Source: Sinorhizobium meliloti | GTDB lineage: Bacteria > Pseudomonadota > Alphaproteobacteria > Rhizobiales > Rhizobiaceae | Assembly: GCF_017876815.1 (NCBI RefSeq) | Contig: NZ_JAGIOS010000001.1 | Coordinates: forward strand, 960,001 to 992,000 | Direction of reading: 5' to 3' | Length of the DNA: 32,000 nucleotides | Shown here: one piece after another, positions 27,933 through 32,000 of the stretch | Layout: every line of letters begins with the position of its first letter | How positions within the stretch are numbered: position 1 is the first letter of the stretch | Made by a program: the position numbers and the translations under genes | Notes under the pieces: model-generated | What the model saw: the letters and a program-made list of their open reading frames with translations, nothing else | Database searches by the model: none | Told to the model about the DNA's origin: nothing

Positions 27933-28739
27933 TTATCCGAGCAGCCACAGACCGACCAGCCCGGCGGTGCCGACGAGGATGCGCCAGATCGCAAAGGGCG
28001 TGAAGCCGCGATGCGAGACGAAGTCGAGCAGCGAGCGCACCACGAAAATTCCGGCGATGAATGCGGCGATGAAACCGGCGGCGATCAGTCCGACATCGTC
28101 GAAGGAGAGCGCATCCCGGTTCTTGTAGAGGTCGAGCGCAAAGGCTCCGACCATGGTCGGCATGGCCAGGAAAAAGGAAAACTCGGCGGCGGAGCGCTTG
28201 TCGGTCCCCATCAGCAGGGCCCCGGCGATGGTCGCGCCGGAACGCGACGTTCCCGGGATCATGGCGAGGCACTGGAAGAGGCCGATCTTCAGCGCGAGCG
28301 AAGGCGGATAGTCGAACACGTCGGTGTAGCGGGGCGTCAAAGGCAGCCGGTCGATCGCATAAAGAATGATGCCGCCGACGATCAGCACGACGCAGATGAG
28401 CATCGGCGTCTCGAAAAGCACCGACTTGATGAACCCATGCGCTGCAGCACCGATAAGCGCCGCCGGCAGGAAGGCGAGGAGAACCGAGAAGACGAAGCGG
28501 CGGGCCTTGACGCTCGTCGGAAGGGCGAGCGCGATCGCCAGCAGCTTCTGGAAGTAGACGAGCAGGATCGCCAATATGGCGCCGAGCTGGATCAGAACGG
28601 CAAAGGTGTTTCCCGGCGATTTGAATCCGAGGAAGTGTCCGGCAAGCAGCACATGCGCCGTCGACGAGACCGGGATGAACTCCGTCAGCCCTTCGATGAG
28701 CCCGAGGACGAGCGCGCTTATGATCGATTGATCCGCCAT
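27933..28739 (-). CDS. uppP: Undecaprenyl-diphosphate phosphatase
   Basis: Starts [30 protein letters not shown] at 28739. The [10 protein letters not shown] motif is present. The product is 268 aa and polytopic. Confidence 0.9.
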   Translation of the reverse strand: MADQSIISALVLGLIEGLTEFIPVSSTAHVLLAGHFLGFKSPGNTFAVLIQLGAILAILLVYFQKLLAIALALPTSVKARRFVFSVLLAFLPAALIGAAAHGFIKSVLFETPMLICVVLIVGGIILYAIDRLPLTPRYTDVFDYPPSLALKIGLFQCLAMIPGTSRSGATIAGALLMGTDKRSAAEFSFFLAMPTMVGAFALDLYKNRDALSFDDVGLIAAGFIAAFIAGIFVVRSLLDFVSHRGFTPFAIWRILVGTAGLVGLWLLG

Positions 28740-28895
28740 GTAAAAGCTATTCCTGATATAATTGGATGTGGGAGGAGAAGGTCGATTCTCTTGTGTTTGC
28801 CACCGCAACTACCTATAGCTCGTTGTAACGAGCCGTGGCCAGTTGCATATGCCGCGACGCCGATATCCCCGAAAACAGCTGCAATCTGATCATCG

Positions 28896-29588
28896 ATGCC
28901 GACACTGTATCATCACCCCATGTCCCCTGCTTCGCGGTTCGTACGCCTTATTCTCTCAGAATATGGCTATCAGACGGAACTGAGCGAAGAACAGCCATGG
29001 GAGAACCGGCGCGACTTCCTGACGCTGAATCCCGCCGGCACTCTGCCCGTCTATGTCGATGACAGCATGCGCGCGCTCTGCGGCGCGACGATCATCTCCG
29101 AATATCTCGACGAGACCAGCGGCATCATGAAGCGCGATCGCCGTCTTCTTGCCGAGGACCCGTTTCAGCGCGCCGAAATCCGCCGGCTCACGGAATGGTT
29201 CCTGCAGAAGATGGAAGCCGACGTGACGCGCCCGCTCGTGCGCGAGCGAATCTTCAAGCTGCAGATGACCCCGGACCAGGGCGGCGGTGCGCCGGATTCG
29301 AAAATTCTCCGCACCTCGCGCAGCAATATCCGCCAGCACATGAAGTATCTCTCGTGGCTCGCCGGATCGCGCCCCTGGCTTGCCGGCGACCGCATCTCCT
29401 ATGGGGATCTCGCCGCAGCCGCGGCGATTTCCGTGCTCGACTATCTCGGAGAGATCGACTGGTCCGATGCGCCGACCGCCAAGGAATGGTACCAGCGGCT
29501 GAAGTCGCGCCCATCTTTCCGGCCGTTGCTCGCCGAGCGGGTGCGCGGCGTGACCCCGGTCTCACATTATGCGGATCTCGACTTTTAA
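28896..29588 (+). CDS. Glutathione S-transferase-fold family protein
   Basis: 230 aa with an N-terminal thioredoxin-like GST domain ([21 protein letters not shown]...NPAGTLPVY) and a helical C-domain. Confidence 0.75.
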   Translation: MPTLYHHPMSPASRFVRLILSEYGYQTELSEEQPWENRRDFLTLNPAGTLPVYVDDSMRALCGATIISEYLDETSGIMKRDRRLLAEDPFQRAEIRRLTEWFLQKMEADVTRPLVRERIFKLQMTPDQGGGAPDSKILRTSRSNIRQHMKYLSWLAGSRPWLAGDRISYGDLAAAAAISVLDYLGEIDWSDAPTAKEWYQRLKSRPSFRPLLAERVRGVTPVSHYADLDF

Positions 29589-29598
29589 GGACCAGATC

Positions 29599-30762
29599 AT
29601 GCCCGGCGACGCTGCAAAAGCGGACAACCAGGGCAGGAAACGACGGACCCTTACCGCCTTCCTGAAAGAGGAAGCCGCGGCCAAGGGGTTCGACATCTGT
29701 CGCATCACCCATCCGGACGCCATACCCCAGGCGCCCGAGCGGCTGAGGCAGTTCCTGGCTGCCGGCGCCCATGGTACGATGGACTGGCTTGCCGAGACAG
29801 CCGAGCGCCGGTCCGATCCGCGCGTCCTCTGGAGCGAAGTGCGCTCGATCGTCCTCTTCGGCATGAATTACGCTCCCGAGGACGACCCGCGCGAGGTCCT
29901 CGCCAGACGCGATCGCGGCGCGATCTCCGTCTATGCCCGCAATCGCGACTATCACGACGTGGTCAAGGGCCGGCTGAAAGAGATCGCCACGCGCTTTGCC
30001 GCCCGGGCGGGCGAAGACGTGAAGGTCTTCGTCGACACCGCCCCTGTCATGGAGAAGCCGCTTGCGGAAAAGGCCGGCATCGGCTGGCAGGGCAAGCACA
30101 CCAATCTGGTCAGCCGCGAATTCGGCTCCTGGCTCTTTCTCGGCAGCCTCTTCACGACAGCCGAACTGGACCTAGACGAGCCCGAGCGCGACCATTGCGG
30201 CTCCTGCCGGGCCTGCCTCGACGCCTGTCCGACCGATGCCTTTCCGGCGCCCTACCGCATCGACGCGCGACGCTGCATCTCCTATCTCACGATCGAGCAC
30301 AAGGGATCGATTGCGCCTGAGTTGCGGCCGCTGATCGGTAACCGCATCTATGGCTGCGACGACTGTCTCGCCGCCTGTCCCTGGAACAAGTTCGCGCGTT
30401 CGGCATCGGAAATGAAACTCCAGGCGCGGGACGATCTCAGGGAACCGGAGCTCTCCTTCCTGCTGACGCTCGACGACCCAGGTTTCCGGGCCTTCTTTTC
30501 CGGATCACCGGTAAAGCGCATCGGGCGTGATCGTTTCGTCCGAAATGCCTTGATCGCCGCCGGCAATTCCGGTGAGAAGAGCCTGATAGAGGTCTGCAAG
30601 GCGCTGGCGGCGGATGCATCGCCGACCGTCAGGGGGATGGCGGTCTGGGCGCTTTCGCGACTGATTTCATCCGCCGATCTGGCGGTCTTCGCCCGGCAAT
30701 GCGGGCCTGAAACCGATGACGAGGTTCTTGCGGAATGGCAAATGGCGGGAGTGAACCGATGA
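29599..30762 (+). CDS. queG: tRNA epoxyqueuosine(34) reductase
   Basis: ATG 29599 follows AAGGA. Two 4Fe-4S motifs are present, [12 protein letters not shown] and [11 protein letters not shown]. The C-terminal HEAT-like tail is typical of QueG. Confidence 0.9.
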   Translation: MPGDAAKADNQGRKRRTLTAFLKEEAAAKGFDICRITHPDAIPQAPERLRQFLAAGAHGTMDWLAETAERRSDPRVLWSEVRSIVLFGMNYAPEDDPREVLARRDRGAISVYARNRDYHDVVKGRLKEIATRFAARAGEDVKVFVDTAPVMEKPLAEKAGIGWQGKHTNLVSREFGSWLFLGSLFTTAELDLDEPERDHCGSCRACLDACPTDAFPAPYRIDARRCISYLTIEHKGSIAPELRPLIGNRIYGCDDCLAACPWNKFARSASEMKLQARDDLREPELSFLLTLDDPGFRAFFSGSPVKRIGRDRFVRNALIAAGNSGEKSLIEVCKALAADASPTVRGMAVWALSRLISSADLAVFARQCGPETDDEVLAEWQMAGVNR

Positions 30763-31634
30763 ATGTCCTGATCCTTGGTGCGGGCTATTCCGGCACGGCG
30801 ATCGCGAGCGCGCTCGCTCCCCTGGCGATGTCCGTGTCCGGCACCACCCGGGCGGCAGAAAAGCTCGGCCGCCTGCAGGCTGCCGGTATCCGCCCGATCC
30901 TCTTCGACGGCGCGGAAATATCGGACGAGCTCAAGGATGTGATGAGGGAAACCACCCACCTCGTTCAGTCGATCGCGCCGGGCCGCGATGGCGACCCGAT
31001 GTTTCGCGCCGGAACGCCGCCGCTTGCCGAACTTCTGCCGCGGCTGGAGTGGGTGGGCTATCTTTCCACGGTCGGCGTCTATGGCGATCACGGCGGCGCC
31101 TGGGTCACCGAGGATACGCCGCTCAACCCGGTCTCGCAGCGCTCGCTGGAGCGTGTGGAAGCCGAAAACGCCTGGCTCGAGCACGGCGCACAGCGCGGCA
31201 TTCCGGTGGCGGTGCTTCGGCTTGCAGGCATTTACGGCCCGGGCCGCAATGCCTTCCGCAATCTCTCCGAAGGCACGGCGCGCCGCGTCATCAAGCCGAA
31301 CCAGGTCTTCAACCGTATCCGCGTCGAAGACATCGGCGCGGCGACCGCCCTTCTCGCAAAGCGGGGCGTGGGCGGCGTCTTCAACGTGACCGACGACGAG
31401 CCGGCGCCACCACAGGATGTGGTCCAGGAAGCCGCCCGGCTGATGGGCGTCGAACCTCCGCCCGAGATCCCGTTCGAAACCGCAGATATGTCCCCCATGG
31501 CGCGTTCTTTCTACGGCGAGAACAAGCGTGTCTCCAATGCGCGACTGCGCCAGGCGGGCTTCGATCCGGACTTCCCGAACTATCGCGTGTCGCTTGCACA
31601 GCTGTGGACATCGGGAACCTGGGACCGGAAATAA
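30759..31634 (+). CDS. NAD(P)-binding SDR/epimerase-family protein
   Basis: Starts [12 protein letters not shown] (Rossmann fold) at 30759 in an ATGA overlap with the queG stop. The product is 291 aa. Confidence 0.7.
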   Translation: MNVLILGAGYSGTAIASALAPLAMSVSGTTRAAEKLGRLQAAGIRPILFDGAEISDELKDVMRETTHLVQSIAPGRDGDPMFRAGTPPLAELLPRLEWVGYLSTVGVYGDHGGAWVTEDTPLNPVSQRSLERVEAENAWLEHGAQRGIPVAVLRLAGIYGPGRNAFRNLSEGTARRVIKPNQVFNRIRVEDIGAATALLAKRGVGGVFNVTDDEPAPPQDVVQEAARLMGVEPPPEIPFETADMSPMARSFYGENKRVSNARLRQAGFDPDFPNYRVSLAQLWTSGTWDRK

Positions 31635-32000
31635 GCACCTATTTCCTCAAGGCCGACCAGAATATCGCGCGGGATGTCAAGCAAGTCTAACGCCGTTTTG
31701 AAAGTATTGATTTCACGCGAATCGCCTTGACACGATTATGCTGTCATTATTCGGCCTATACTTCGCCATTTTCCACAACCTTGGCGCTAGTAGCAAGAAT
31801 TCAACGGTCTCGATTCCCGATTTTTCATGCAAGGCGAAAATTTTAATGATTTTATTTGCGAGAGGCGTCGCTGCGCGGGCCGGCGCGCCGCCAGCAGCGC
31901 TTAGTTGCTGATTCCAAAGAACTTCCCTCGCAATTCTAAACTAATTCAATCTGTTGTTTATTTTTAAAATCAACAGGTCTTCAGACATTCCTAATGAGAA

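Noticed and set aside
28896-29588. Possibility that the GST-fold protein between uppP and queG is the alphaproteobacterial FtsZ regulator FzlA
   Set aside because: FzlA is a GST-fold protein, but I cannot tell it from ordinary GSTs by eye. Assigning it would need alignment to Caulobacter FzlA and a synteny check.

Overview
GC-rich alphaproteobacterial core-chromosome segment. Gene content and order look like Rhizobiaceae, closest to Sinorhizobium/Ensifer, but this is recalled rather than searched. About 30 genes are packed tightly on both strands. From the left: the 3' end of an inositol dehydrogenase (iolY-like), the RpiR-type repressor iolR, and the myo-inositol catabolic operon iolC-iolD-iolE-iolB. 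Next come a GFA-family Zn protein, a frameshifted SDR epimerase facing an AraC regulator, and an EamA transporter. Then prfC, dut, an exporter-rich block (Lrp/AsnC, EamA, two divergent LysE genes) and cysK. After a 630-bp repeat-filled gap come YifB/ComM, gshB, yraN and rsmI on the minus strand. The rest is dnaN, a PmtA-like methyltransferase, a histidine phosphatase, pyrF, DUF1330, an NDUFA9-like SDR, uppP, a GST-fold protein, queG and another SDR. I saw no rRNA, tRNA, CRISPR array, transposase, integrase, phage gene or recognisable defence or toxin system. I could not support a new multi-gene system here, and the coding content looks like ordinary housekeeping. The unusual signal is non-coding. 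A REP/RIME-like palindromic repeat family has 8 units, and three gaps hold composite copies. One composite is split by a 426-bp inverted-repeat-bounded segment that itself carries another composite. Copies also bracket iolE inside the iol operon. Other points worth a second look are a frameshift at a (CG)n run in the SDR epimerase, an untracked 53-aa signal-peptide ORF, candidate IolR operators, and a 366-bp AT-rich non-coding tail at the right edge. Many ORF-track entries are antisense or out-of-frame shadows typical of high-GC DNA. Several real genes start downstream of the longest-ORF start given in the track.
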